A DNA stretch of 57,080 nucleotides from a virus (IMGVR_UViG_3300034104_001340:1-57080); one strand, 5' to 3'; shown: positions 27,427 to 36,358, counted from the stretch's first letter. A program made the numbers and translations. Notes: a model not told the origin generated them from the letters alone.

Positions 27427-27500
27427 CGGGGAGTTAAGTAGTAAAAGCAGTACCTAAACCAATGTAGGGTTTCCTACATTCAACCAACGAGGATACAAGC

Positions 27501-28577
27501 ATGACCGCACAATCAATCGCAACTGAGCGTTACACCGTAACTCTGGCACAGGCAGCGAGCCTTATCCTTGCTTGCCCGGGCAACAGATACTTCCTGCGTG
27601 GCGAGCCGGGCATCGGCAAGTCGAGCATCATCAAGGAGCTTCAAGCCAAGACAGGATATCGCGCAGCATACATCGACTGCCCCAACATGGACTTGGGTGA
27701 CATAGCAATGCCGGTGATCGACCATGAGAGTAGGACAACCAAGTACTACCCCAACGGGCGCTTTCAGCTGCAACACGGCGAGCCAGTCATCATCATGCTG
27801 GACGAGTTCACCAAGGCCGCTGACCCGGTGAAGAACATGCTGCACCCACTACTCGAAGTGCATAACCCGCGCTTGGGTGATGTGAGTCTGCCCGCAGGTA
27901 GCATCGTGTTCCTGACTGGTAACTTAGACAGTGACGGCGTGGGTGACTCCTTGCTTGCACATAGCAAGATGCGCGTAACCGAGGTAGAGGTCGGTAAGCC
28001 TGACTCCGACCAATGGTTGCAGTGGGCCTCGGGCGCTGGCATCGACCCGGCTGTGATGGCGTGGGTGTACCGCAACCCCCATGCGCTTGCTTCATACCGT
28101 GACGGTGACCAAGACGGCAACCCCTACATCTTCCATCCGAACAAGGTGCAAGGTGCTGTAGTCACGCCGCGTACGCTGGAGCTTGGGTCTAACATTGTTA
28201 GGGCACGTGAGAACTTCGATGCGGGGGCATTGCAGGCTGCGCTTGTGGGTACGATCGGTGCCGCAGCTGCGGGTAGCTTGGCTGCCTTCATTGCACATCA
28301 GGACTCACTGCCGCCGTACGAGCAGATCATCAAGCATCCTGATACGACCAAGGTGCCCGAGGAGCCGGGTGCGCTTAGCGTTCTTGTCTTTGGTGCCATC
28401 GAGAGGATCAAGCATAGAGACGAGGTCACGGCGCTGCTCAAGTACTTCGGGCGTGCAGATGTCGAGTGGCAGACTATCTTCAACGTGACGCTGGTGCGCA
28501 ACAAGACCAAGGCTAGCTTCGGATACAACTGCAAGGCGTTTGCTGATTGGGTCACCAAGAATCAGGACTTGCTGTAA
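27501..28577 (+). CDS. MoxR-like AAA+ ATPase
   Basis: Walker A GEPGIGKS, Walker B IIMLDE, sensor TGN, TPRT. Confidence 0.88.
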   Translation: MTAQSIATERYTVTLAQAASLILACPGNRYFLRGEPGIGKSSIIKELQAKTGYRAAYIDCPNMDLGDIAMPVIDHESRTTKYYPNGRFQLQHGEPVIIMLDEFTKAADPVKNMLHPLLEVHNPRLGDVSLPAGSIVFLTGNLDSDGVGDSLLAHSKMRVTEVEVGKPDSDQWLQWASGAGIDPAVMAWVYRNPHALASYRDGDQDGNPYIFHPNKVQGAVVTPRTLELGSNIVRARENFDAGALQAALVGTIGAAAAGSLAAFIAHQDSLPPYEQIIKHPDTTKVPEEPGALSVLVFGAIERIKHRDEVTALLKYFGRADVEWQTIFNVTLVRNKTKASFGYNCKAFADWVTKNQDLL

Positions 28578-28599
28578 CCACAACTACGAGGAACAAAAC

Positions 28600-29874
28600 A
28601 TGAACGCAGCGGTTGAGCTGGACAAAGTAGAACGCAAGTACAAGCGGGTGCGCATCTCCATCATGCGTGATGCAACCTTCATGGCGGTAGGGCCGGTGAT
28701 GCGGCTCGGCAAGCAGTACATCGTGGATGACTTCCCGACAGCGTGTACTGACGGTGTGAACGAGAGATACGGGCGTGCCTTCGTGCGCGCATTGGAGGAG
28801 AAGCCCCTCGGGTTTGTGATATTGCATGAGACTTACCACAAGCTGTGCAGGCACATCAGTATCTATCGCAAGCTGTGGGAGGAGGATGCATGGCGAGCCA
28901 ACATGGCGACTGACTATTGGATCAACCTGAAGCTGGACAAGCTGAGCAAGACCTGCAACCTGCTCGAGATGCCACGCTACACCGAGGCACTGCTGGCACT
29001 GCTCACACCCAAGCAGCGGGCTGCGCTTGATGCAGAAGGTAAGGGGCTGGGGGATTACTTCGGCTTACTTGACTACAAGTATGACGGCATGACTGTGGTT
29101 GAGATATTTAGGGCACTGAAAGAAGAACAGAAGGAGCGCGGGGAGGGTGGTGAAGGCGAAGGCCCGAGCGGCTTCGATGACCACGACTGGGAAGGTGGTG
29201 ACTCCATACCCAAGGAGGAGCAGGAGAAGATGCGCGAGGAAGTTGAGCGTGCTATCCGTGAGGGCCAGATGCTTGCCAAGAAGTACGGCGCAGACTCGGC
29301 AGGTGCAGAGTTGGGCTTCGATGATCTGCTTAAGCCCAAGGTGGACTGGCGTGCGCAGCTGCGTGACTTCGTGCGTAGCACATGCCGCAAGATGGAGCAG
29401 AGCACATGGCGTAGGCCCAACAGGCGCTTCCTGCACCAAGGCATCATCATGCCCACCATGCAAGGCAAGCAGATCAAGTCGCTCGGTGTATGCGTGGATG
29501 CGTCAGGCTCGATGTTCTGTGGTAGCCCTACGCCGTTCAAGCGTGTGATGAGCGAGATTGATGGGCTGACCAAGCAGTTGGGTATCGACACGCTGCACTT
29601 GATCTACTGGGATGGTGCTGTGTGCGCACATGAGACGTACACGCCGACATCGGTAGGTGGCTGGCTCAAGGCAACGCAGCCGCGTGGGGGTGGGGGTACT
29701 GACCCCGCGTGTATCTCCCCGTGGCTTAAGGAGAAGGGCATCAAGCTGGATGCAGCTGTGGTGCTGACTGATGGCGAGGTGCCGGGTTGGGGGCAGTGGA
29801 CGGTGCCGGTGCTGTGGCTCATTACGGGCAAGGCAACGGCGAGTGTGGGTAAGACTATTCGTGTGGAGGACTGA
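28600..29874 (+). CDS. DUF2201-like HExxH metallopeptidase plus vWA domain protein
   Basis: PTACTDG, LHETYH, MIDAS DASGSM, GGGGTD, VLTDGE; start moved to 28600. Confidence 0.85.
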   Translation: MNAAVELDKVERKYKRVRISIMRDATFMAVGPVMRLGKQYIVDDFPTACTDGVNERYGRAFVRALEEKPLGFVILHETYHKLCRHISIYRKLWEEDAWRANMATDYWINLKLDKLSKTCNLLEMPRYTEALLALLTPKQRAALDAEGKGLGDYFGLLDYKYDGMTVVEIFRALKEEQKERGEGGEGEGPSGFDDHDWEGGDSIPKEEQEKMREEVERAIREGQMLAKKYGADSAGAELGFDDLLKPKVDWRAQLRDFVRSTCRKMEQSTWRRPNRRFLHQGIIMPTMQGKQIKSLGVCVDASGSMFCGSPTPFKRVMSEIDGLTKQLGIDTLHLIYWDGAVCAHETYTPTSVGGWLKATQPRGGGGTDPACISPWLKEKGIKLDAAVVLTDGEVPGWGQWTVPVLWLITGKATASVGKTIRVED

Positions 29875-29876
29875 GT

Positions 29877-30128
29877 ATGAAAGTGAAGATGAACATAGGT
29901 GGGCGTAGCTTGGTGGTGCCAATGGAGACCGCCGAGGAGATCATGGAGCTTGCGTTCCGTTACGGAGAGGAGTGTGAGCAGAAGTGGAACCGCGCTGTGG
30001 ATGGCGTAGAGGCTTACTACTCCACGCATGTGTACGAGATCAACCCATCGGAGTTCAAGTTCTCGCTGGACGTTATTACAGAAGGGCAGTATCAGATGTA
30101 CAAGTTGGCAGGCAAACCTAAAAACTAA
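29877..30128 (+). CDS. Hypothetical protein
   Basis: 83 aa; GGAGG RBS. Confidence 0.7.
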   Translation: MKVKMNIGGRSLVVPMETAEEIMELAFRYGEECEQKWNRAVDGVEAYYSTHVYEINPSEFKFSLDVITEGQYQMYKLAGKPKN

Positions 30129-30142
30129 ACGAGGATACACGT

Positions 30143-30490
30143 ATGAAAGACGGTCGCAAAAACAAGACGTTCAAAACTGTATGCAGTCAGAACATGAAGT
30201 CCCTGTGGAGCACTATGGCACCAGAGGAGCGAGCTGTACGGCTGGAGAAGATGCGCATAGCAAGAGACGTTGCACGCGCAGCGAGGAAAGCTGCGAAGCA
30301 AGAGGTCGCAGTTGTTCAAGTAGAGCAGCTGGCGTTGCCGTTGGTGCAGCAGGAGTACACGCCATCCACTCACGCGATGGAGGAAGCAATGGCAGCACTA
30401 GACATCCTTGTACAGGTAACGAGTACCGTGCTTGGGGTGACACTGAACCAACAACAGGCCGCTGAGTTCTGGGCCAACAGACTGAAGTAA
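30143..30490 (+). CDS. Hypothetical protein with basic N-terminus
   Basis: 115 aa; conserved leader AACTAAACGAGGATACAC. Confidence 0.7.
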   Translation: MKDGRKNKTFKTVCSQNMKSLWSTMAPEERAVRLEKMRIARDVARAARKAAKQEVAVVQVEQLALPLVQQEYTPSTHAMEEAMAALDILVQVTSTVLGVTLNQQQAAEFWANRLK

Positions 30491-30500
30491 GGAGAAGCAC

Positions 30501-30890
30501 ATGGGGTACAGAAGTAGCATCAAAGCGGCGTTCTACCCGCAGAAAAACGAGGACTTTGCGCTTATCAAACTGTGGGTGGACGAGCACATCATGAGGACGC
30601 AAGACTTTTGGCCCTACCGCATAGCGAAGCGGAGTGGGTCTAGGTTCATCTTGTTCGAGATTGATGACGTTAAGTGGTACGACAACTTCCCAGAGGTGAT
30701 TGCTTTCAACAATGCGTTAGTCGAGTTCGAGGATATGTTCGGAAATGGAAAAGACACTGACGCACCTAGGGCTTTTATGGAGTTTATCCGACTTGGTGAA
30801 GACCCTACTGATGTAGAAGAACGCAGCTCGGATAGCTTTGAAGTGCTGCAGCTGGTGCGGCACATGAACGTAGACGAAGACGTAGAGTAA
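30501..30890 (+). CDS. Conserved phage hypothetical protein
   Basis: MGYRS...VKWY...FIRLGEDPTD. Confidence 0.75.
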   Translation: MGYRSSIKAAFYPQKNEDFALIKLWVDEHIMRTQDFWPYRIAKRSGSRFILFEIDDVKWYDNFPEVIAFNNALVEFEDMFGNGKDTDAPRAFMEFIRLGEDPTDVEERSSDSFEVLQLVRHMNVDEDVE

Positions 30891-30915
30891 CAACCAACTA
30901 AACGAGGATACACAT

Positions 30916-31767
30916 ATGAGCATTGCAGCAAGCGCAGTACTGGTAAAGCTGTCCATTAGCACGTGGACGGCCAACAAGATCGACCGGGTGCAGACTGACC
31001 GTGTACTGGCAGACAACAACGCCAGCAACAGGGCAGCGCAGGTACGCAAGAACCTCATGGCAGGTACGCAGAAGATCAAAGGCCTAGTGGACTTTGCGCA
31101 GCACTGTCGAAATGAGAATTACAGGCTCACGTTGCCATGGGAGGACAGGGGCAACCGCCTGCTGCCAACCAGCTTGTTCCTCGACTACAAGGCCAAGATG
31201 AATGGGTACAAGAACCAGTTCATCCAGATGCGTGGCGACATCGCGTACAACTACGATGCCTTGCAGCAGACGGCGCGCAACTACCTCGGGGATATGTACG
31301 ATGCAGCAGACTACCCCGGTGTGGACGAGGTGATTAGTAAGTACGATTGGCAGCTGACGTTCAGCCCGGTGCCCGATGCAGGCCACTTCTACCTCGACAT
31401 CCCGGCCAGCGAGCTGGAGGAGGTGAAGCAGTCACTCAACGTGGAGAACGACCTGCGACTTAAGGACGCAACGCGCACGGCGTGGGACAGACTGCACACA
31501 CTGTTGGAAGGCATGACGGGCAAGCTGGCTGAGACTGACGAGGGCAAGACCAAACGCTGGCACGATAGCTTTGTGACCAACGCATCGGAGTTGTGCTCCA
31601 TGCTTACGCACCTCAACGTAACCCGAGACCCGGAGCTTGAGCGTGCAAGACGTATGCTTGAGGCTTCCATTGCTGGCGTGCAAGTTGATACACTCAAGGT
31701 ATCGCCTGTCGCAAGAGAGAACCTCAAGGGCAAGGTGGACGACATCATCAAACAGTTCGAGTGGTGA
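30916..31767 (+). CDS. DUF3150-like helical protein
   Basis: LVKLSISTW...TLPW...RLLP...YP...LNVTRDPEL; lies near the MoxR/vWA pair. Confidence 0.7.
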   Translation: MSIAASAVLVKLSISTWTANKIDRVQTDRVLADNNASNRAAQVRKNLMAGTQKIKGLVDFAQHCRNENYRLTLPWEDRGNRLLPTSLFLDYKAKMNGYKNQFIQMRGDIAYNYDALQQTARNYLGDMYDAADYPGVDEVISKYDWQLTFSPVPDAGHFYLDIPASELEEVKQSLNVENDLRLKDATRTAWDRLHTLLEGMTGKLAETDEGKTKRWHDSFVTNASELCSMLTHLNVTRDPELERARRMLEASIAGVQVDTLKVSPVARENLKGKVDDIIKQFEW

Positions 31768-31771
31768 GTAC

Positions 31772-32230
31772 ATGATGGAGTATGAGTTCGTAATACAAGA
31801 CATAGACACTGTGATGGGGGGCTTGAAAGCAACGCTCCCTGACGACTTCCACCGCGCTATGGACATGCGCGTGGTGCAGATGGCTGAGCACTTCTACACC
31901 GTAGCTGAGCTACTGGAGTTACCCGACAAGGATGTCGAGGCGCTGGCTGAGCAACTAAGTATCGCACTACTCAACAAGCAGGTGAAGGATGCGTGGTACT
32001 CAGGCAAAGGCAAGGTGTTCATCCGTGGGCCTGAGCTGTGGAGTGTGTATATACCAAGAGCACCCACTAGCAGGCAGGCTATATACAAGCCAGACGAGGT
32101 GCCGACTGAGTGGCGCAGGCAGTTGGGTATGCTACAGCTATTGGAAGGGCGGCGTACTCTGCTGAAGGACTGTGGCTACCGACATGACGACAAGGTGTTT
32201 TACTTACTGGAGGCAGAAGATGGAGCTTAA
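31772..32230 (+). CDS. Hypothetical protein
   Basis: Start moved to ATG 31772, just after the upstream stop. Confidence 0.65.
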   Translation: MMEYEFVIQDIDTVMGGLKATLPDDFHRAMDMRVVQMAEHFYTVAELLELPDKDVEALAEQLSIALLNKQVKDAWYSGKGKVFIRGPELWSVYIPRAPTSRQAIYKPDEVPTEWRRQLGMLQLLEGRRTLLKDCGYRHDDKVFYLLEAEDGA

Positions 32231-32468
32231 GAACAGTGCAGGGTACTCAGTTAATGTGGGTTCGCTGGTCAGAGATACGGCGGGCGTGGAGTATCGAGTT
32301 GAGGATATAACCGCTACGCAGGTGCACGTAGTGACAACTAATCCCCCGCGCAGACAGCGCAGGTGCAAGCCAGCTGAGTTGGGGTTGGTAGTGGCGTCAC
32401 ACACCGCAGACAGGACTAAGTTTGACTTAGCGCGGCAGAAGCTGCGCAGTTATTGGGAGAGCGAATAA
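32220..32468 (+). CDS. Small beta-rich hypothetical protein
   Basis: ATG 32220 after GGAGG. Confidence 0.6.
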   Translation: MELKNSAGYSVNVGSLVRDTAGVEYRVEDITATQVHVVTTNPPRRQRRCKPAELGLVVASHTADRTKFDLARQKLRSYWESE

Positions 32469-32469
32469 C

Positions 32470-32664
32470 ATGGCGCGAGGTAAGCAGAAGGAGCCAACGT
32501 GGGTGCATATCAACATCCGCGTTCCACAAGGGGTGTACGAGTACTTCTCGCAGTCTCCGAATATGTCCGAGGCTATACGTGAAGTACTAAGCGCATACGT
32601 TAATACCCCTAACAATGTTAGGGGGCCCACACAACAGGAGGCAGAAGATGGCGACGACACCTGA
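32470..32664 (+). CDS. Ribbon-helix-helix (Arc/CopG-like) DNA-binding protein
   Basis: Strand VHINIRVP followed by two helices (NMSEAIREVLSAYV). Confidence 0.65.
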   Translation: MARGKQKEPTWVHINIRVPQGVYEYFSQSPNMSEAIREVLSAYVNTPNNVRGPTQQEAEDGDDT

Positions 32665-32944
32665 AGGCAAAGTAAAAGCCAAGGTGGTCAAGCTACTCAA
32701 GGAGCGGGGGGTGTACTACTTCTTCCCCGCTACCTTTGGGATGGGGCGATCCGGTGTGCCCGATGTAGTGTGCTGCCGAGGAGGGTGGTTCCTTGCTGTT
32801 GAGTGCAAGGCTGGTAAGAACAAACCCACGGCGTTGCAGGAGAGGGAGATAGAGGCGATACGCGCAGCAGGTGGCACGGCGCTTGTTATCAACGAGGACA
32901 ACTTACATGAACTGGAGGCACACTTAGATGAACCAAGGTATTGA
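32648..32944 (+). CDS. VRR-NUC nuclease (Holliday junction resolvase-like)
   Basis: TPEGKVK...GVPD...AVECKA...PTALQ; start moved to 32648. Confidence 0.85.
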   Translation: MATTPEGKVKAKVVKLLKERGVYYFFPATFGMGRSGVPDVVCCRGGWFLAVECKAGKNKPTALQEREIEAIRAAGGTALVINEDNLHELEAHLDEPRY

Positions 32945-33170
32945 GATATTGCTGGCCCGCATGGACAGCCACCCGCAGGAGTTTGACAGCGAGGCTATGA
33001 CCGGACGCTATGGGCGCTGGACGCATACCGTAGACCTAGTGCTTGCCATAGGTGGTAGCTTCACTGACGAGGAGAGGAACGCGCTTAATAAAAAACTACG
33101 TGAGTTGGAGCGTGAGCGGTTCACACGGCGGGTGATGAAGAAGCTGTTGGACGAGCCGGAGGGTAAATGA
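32928..33170 (+). CDS. Hypothetical protein
   Basis: 80 aa; GGAGG RBS. Confidence 0.7.
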   Translation: MNQGIEILLARMDSHPQEFDSEAMTGRYGRWTHTVDLVLAIGGSFTDEERNALNKKLRELERERFTRRVMKKLLDEPEGK

Positions 33171-34993
33171 ACATACTGACCATCGACTTCGAGACCTACT
33201 ACGACAAGCAGTTCAGTCTCTCCAAGCTAACAACCGAGGAGTACCTCCGTGACACGCAGTTCGAGGTGATCGGTGTGTCGGTGCAGCTCAATGACGGTGA
33301 GCCTGAGTGGTTCTCCGGCACTATGGAAGATACGAGCGAGTGGCTGCGCAAGTTCGACTGGGCCAGCAGTATAGCTATAGCGCACAACGCTATGTTCGAC
33401 CTAGCCATACTTAACTGGCACTTCGACCTGCGACCCAAGCGCATTGTGGACACGCTGTCTATGGCAAGGGCTATTCACACGATAGAAGTAGGCGGGAGCC
33501 TCGCTGCGTTGGTGGAGCATTACAAGCTTGGGAAGAAGGGCACCGAGGTAATCAACGCGCTGGGTAAGCGGCGACTGGGCTTCACACCCGAAGAGCTTGA
33601 TGCCTATGGTGAGTACTGCAAGAACGACACAGCCCTGACCTATAAGCTGTTCTGCAAGTTGATGGAGCCGGGCTTCTCGGTTGATGAGCTGCGCTTGATT
33701 GACGTGACGGTGCGCATGTTCTCGGAGCCGGTGTTGCAGATAGATACACCACTGTTGGAAGCCCATTTGATCGGGGTCAAGGAGAAGAAGGAGAAGCTGC
33801 TGAGTAAGGCGCTGGTGGACAAGGACGACCTGATGAGCAACCCGAAATTTGCGGCACTGCTGACTCTGCTTAGCGTAGTACCACCAATGAAGACCAGCCT
33901 GACCACGGGCAAGGAGACCTACGCCTTCTCCAAGCAGGACGAGGAGTTCATGGTGTTACTGGAGCATCCAGATGTGCTGGTGCAGTCGCTGGTATCGGCT
34001 CGGCTGGGGCTGAAGTCTACGTTGGAAGAGACACGCACTGAGCGGTTCATCAACATTGCAAAGCGTGGGTCGCTCCCTATCCCGTTGAAGTACTACGCAG
34101 CGCACACCGGACGCTGGGGAGGCGATGACTCGGTGAACATGCAGAACTTGCCGCGTGGTGGGACGCTGAAGAACGCACTGATGGCACCGCCCGGGTATGT
34201 ACTGGTTGACTCTGACTCCTCGCAGATTGAGGCGCGCACGCTGGCGTGGTGGGCTGGACAAGACGATCTCGTTGCCGCATTCGAGCGTGGTGACGATGTG
34301 TATAAGATCATGGCGTCTGCTATCTACGGCAAGGTGGAGGCAGACATATCCAAGGATGAACGGTTCGTAGGTAAGACCACTATCTTGGGCGCGGGGTATG
34401 GGATGGGGCACAAGAAGTTCCATACGCAACTGAAAAACTTCGGCGTTGATTTTCCCCTTGCTGAGTGCAAGCGCATCATCAGTGTGTACCGTAGTACCTA
34501 CGAAGCTATACCGGAGCTGTGGGAGCAGGCGCAGTCAGTGTTGTATGCGATGCTCGAAGATAAATCTGCACCGCTCGGTAAAAAAGGGGTAGTTTTTGTT
34601 GAGGGTAAGCGCGGAATTCGCTTGCCTAACGGGCTTTACATCAAGTACCCTAACCTTCGGCGCGTCAAGAACGATGAGGGTAGGTCTGAGTTTGTATACG
34701 ACACCAAGAGGGGTCGAGCGGTCATACCAAACAGGATATACGGCGGTAAAGTTGTAGAGAACGTAGTGCAGGCGCTGGCTCGTATTGCTGTAGGTGAGCA
34801 GCTGCTGCGCATTGCCAAGAAGTACAAAGTTGTGATGACGGTACATGACGCAGTTTGTGCGTTGGTGCCTGAAGTAGAGAAGGAGCGCGGCCTTGAGTAC
34901 GTTGAGCTGTGCATGAAGATACGCCCCCAATGGGCACCAGATTTACCACTGAATTGCGAGGCTGGCGCTGACCCGCGTTACGGGCAGTGTTAG
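33167..34993 (+). CDS. polA: Family A DNA polymerase with 3'-5' exonuclease
   Basis: Exonuclease DFET and HNAMFD; HTGRW, NMQN; motif A DSSQIEAR, motif B RFVGKTTILGAGYG, motif C VHDA. Confidence 0.95.
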   Translation: MNILTIDFETYYDKQFSLSKLTTEEYLRDTQFEVIGVSVQLNDGEPEWFSGTMEDTSEWLRKFDWASSIAIAHNAMFDLAILNWHFDLRPKRIVDTLSMARAIHTIEVGGSLAALVEHYKLGKKGTEVINALGKRRLGFTPEELDAYGEYCKNDTALTYKLFCKLMEPGFSVDELRLIDVTVRMFSEPVLQIDTPLLEAHLIGVKEKKEKLLSKALVDKDDLMSNPKFAALLTLLSVVPPMKTSLTTGKETYAFSKQDEEFMVLLEHPDVLVQSLVSARLGLKSTLEETRTERFINIAKRGSLPIPLKYYAAHTGRWGGDDSVNMQNLPRGGTLKNALMAPPGYVLVDSDSSQIEARTLAWWAGQDDLVAAFERGDDVYKIMASAIYGKVEADISKDERFVGKTTILGAGYGMGHKKFHTQLKNFGVDFPLAECKRIISVYRSTYEAIPELWEQAQSVLYAMLEDKSAPLGKKGVVFVEGKRGIRLPNGLYIKYPNLRRVKNDEGRSEFVYDTKRGRAVIPNRIYGGKVVENVVQALARIAVGEQLLRIAKKYKVVMTVHDAVCALVPEVEKERGLEYVELCMKIRPQWAPDLPLNCEAGADPRYGQC

Positions 34994-34999
34994 CCGCTT

Positions 35000-35145
35000 G
35001 GGGTGCCTAGCGCCCCGTGCCCCAGCCGGAGGTGGGCATCGTGTGAAAAACACCGGCAGTGTGCGATGTTATGCCCTCGTGGTCACTTAGGTGACCTGCA
35101 TATAGACAGGCGCACACCGACTAGCCCACGTCACGGGCCCCTTTT
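35000..35145 (+). ncRNA. Candidate multi-stem structured RNA
   Basis: Several nested and crossing stems in the intergenic gap after polA (detailed in findings). Confidence 0.55.
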
Positions 35146-35166
35146 ACTTAACTGACGAGGTGCACT

Positions 35167-35421
35167 ATGACCGACGACCGCAACATTCTTATAGTCAACG
35201 AGTCCTTCACTGTGTTTGATGAGGTGCAGTTCGCACTCGAAGAGGCCGAGTTCCTCACCAAGACAACCAACCGACCGCACAGTGTAGTAGGTACAGCCAC
35301 GCCCGATGGGGTGATAGCTCAGTACCTTGTGATGGAGCGTAGTCGCGCTATGGCTACCGCTGCGTTGATACTTGAAACCTTTCGTGCGATGGACGAAGAA
35401 CCTGCAAGGGGGATCAACTGA
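35167..35421 (+). CDS. Hypothetical protein
   Basis: 84 aa; GAGGTG RBS. Confidence 0.7.
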   Translation: MTDDRNILIVNESFTVFDEVQFALEEAEFLTKTTNRPHSVVGTATPDGVIAQYLVMERSRAMATAALILETFRAMDEEPARGIN

Positions 35422-35633
35422 TGGACTGGCCTACAGCAGTAGTACTAATCGCAGGTATGGGGTGTTTCGCATACGTATGGGCAACTCGGCACCAGAAGGA
35501 CGAACTCAGGGTCGCAGAGATAAAACACTTGTCCGCAATGCTGTTCGATTTGCGCTCTCAAGACATCTTAGAGACGAACTACCGGAAAACAGTATTAGCC
35601 CGTATAGAACACCTGATTGGTAGAGGCAACTGA
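35421..35633 (+). CDS. Small protein with N-terminal TM segment
   Basis: 70 aa; start overlaps the upstream stop. Confidence 0.6.
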   Translation: MDWPTAVVLIAGMGCFAYVWATRHQKDELRVAEIKHLSAMLFDLRSQDILETNYRKTVLARIEHLIGRGN

Positions 35634-35803
35634 TGGTACTGAAAAAGATAAGTGAACATTTTTGGATGCTCCAGTCGGACGATGGTCTCGTGAAGCTCAC
35701 GTGGTTTGGGGCCACGCGAGGTGAAGTATTGGGTAGGTTTAACGCCTACATCCGCAGCGTTGATCTGGACAAAATCCGTTACAAGCCGAGGGTAAGTGTA
35801 TGA
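35633..35803 (+). CDS. 56-aa hypothetical protein
   Basis: MVLKKISEHFW...; stop/start overlaps on both sides. Confidence 0.6.
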   Translation: MVLKKISEHFWMLQSDDGLVKLTWFGATRGEVLGRFNAYIRSVDLDKIRYKPRVSV

Positions 35804-36108
35804 AAACAGTACAGGCCCCAAGACTTAGTCGGAGCGACTACGACTACCAGACTTCATACAAAATAAAAACTGGGGCGGCGACCATATTTTTTACAGTGTA
35901 TTTTTCACTGGATGAGTTCCAGCTTGTGCAGTTCGCCATTGCGAAGCTACCAAGGCTTGGGATGCTACGTACACCACCAAGACCTTACAACTACTATACC
36001 GTGACTATAGGACTTTTGGGCGCGGGGTTAGCATTCTGGTTTTGCCCGACAGGCGCGGGTGAAACGAGCAGCAGTTGGTATGTGAAGCGAGTAGGGGGTG
36101 GCGAGTAA
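35800..36108 (+). CDS. Hypothetical protein
   Basis: 102 aa; ATGA overlap. Confidence 0.55.
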   Translation: MKTVQAPRLSRSDYDYQTSYKIKTGAATIFFTVYFSLDEFQLVQFAIAKLPRLGMLRTPPRPYNYYTVTIGLLGAGLAFWFCPTGAGETSSSWYVKRVGGGE

Positions 36109-36136
36109 TGAAACCAAACGAACAGGAGAAAGGGGT

Positions 36137-36358
36137 ATGACAAGACGCGAATCAGCAATCATCAGTGCATTTACTGGCATCCTCTGCGGGCCTTTTGACG
36201 CCCTCCATGAGTACGTAGAGGAACTTATGGGGCGCCCTGTGTTCACGCACGAAATGGGTGATGGGAGGATAGCACAGAGAATTAAAGAGCTGGCAAAGCC
36301 TGATTTCATTGCGTTAGCAAATTCAGTGGCCGAACTTGAGAAAGAGGTGCGCGCATGA
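36137..36358 (+). CDS. Small conserved phage protein
   Basis: SAFTGIL...LHEYVEELMGRPVFTHE; start moved to 36137. Confidence 0.7.
   Translation: MTRRESAIISAFTGILCGPFDALHEYVEELMGRPVFTHEMGDGRIAQRIKELAKPDFIALANSVAELEKEVRA

Larger units (their letters stand above)
23701..32622. repeat. Ten dispersed copies of the palindrome (C)CTAACAWTGTTA(GG)
   Basis: Copies begin at 23701, 24424, 24879, 24957, 25088, 25708, 26527, 27321, 28189 and 32608. Confidence 0.95.
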
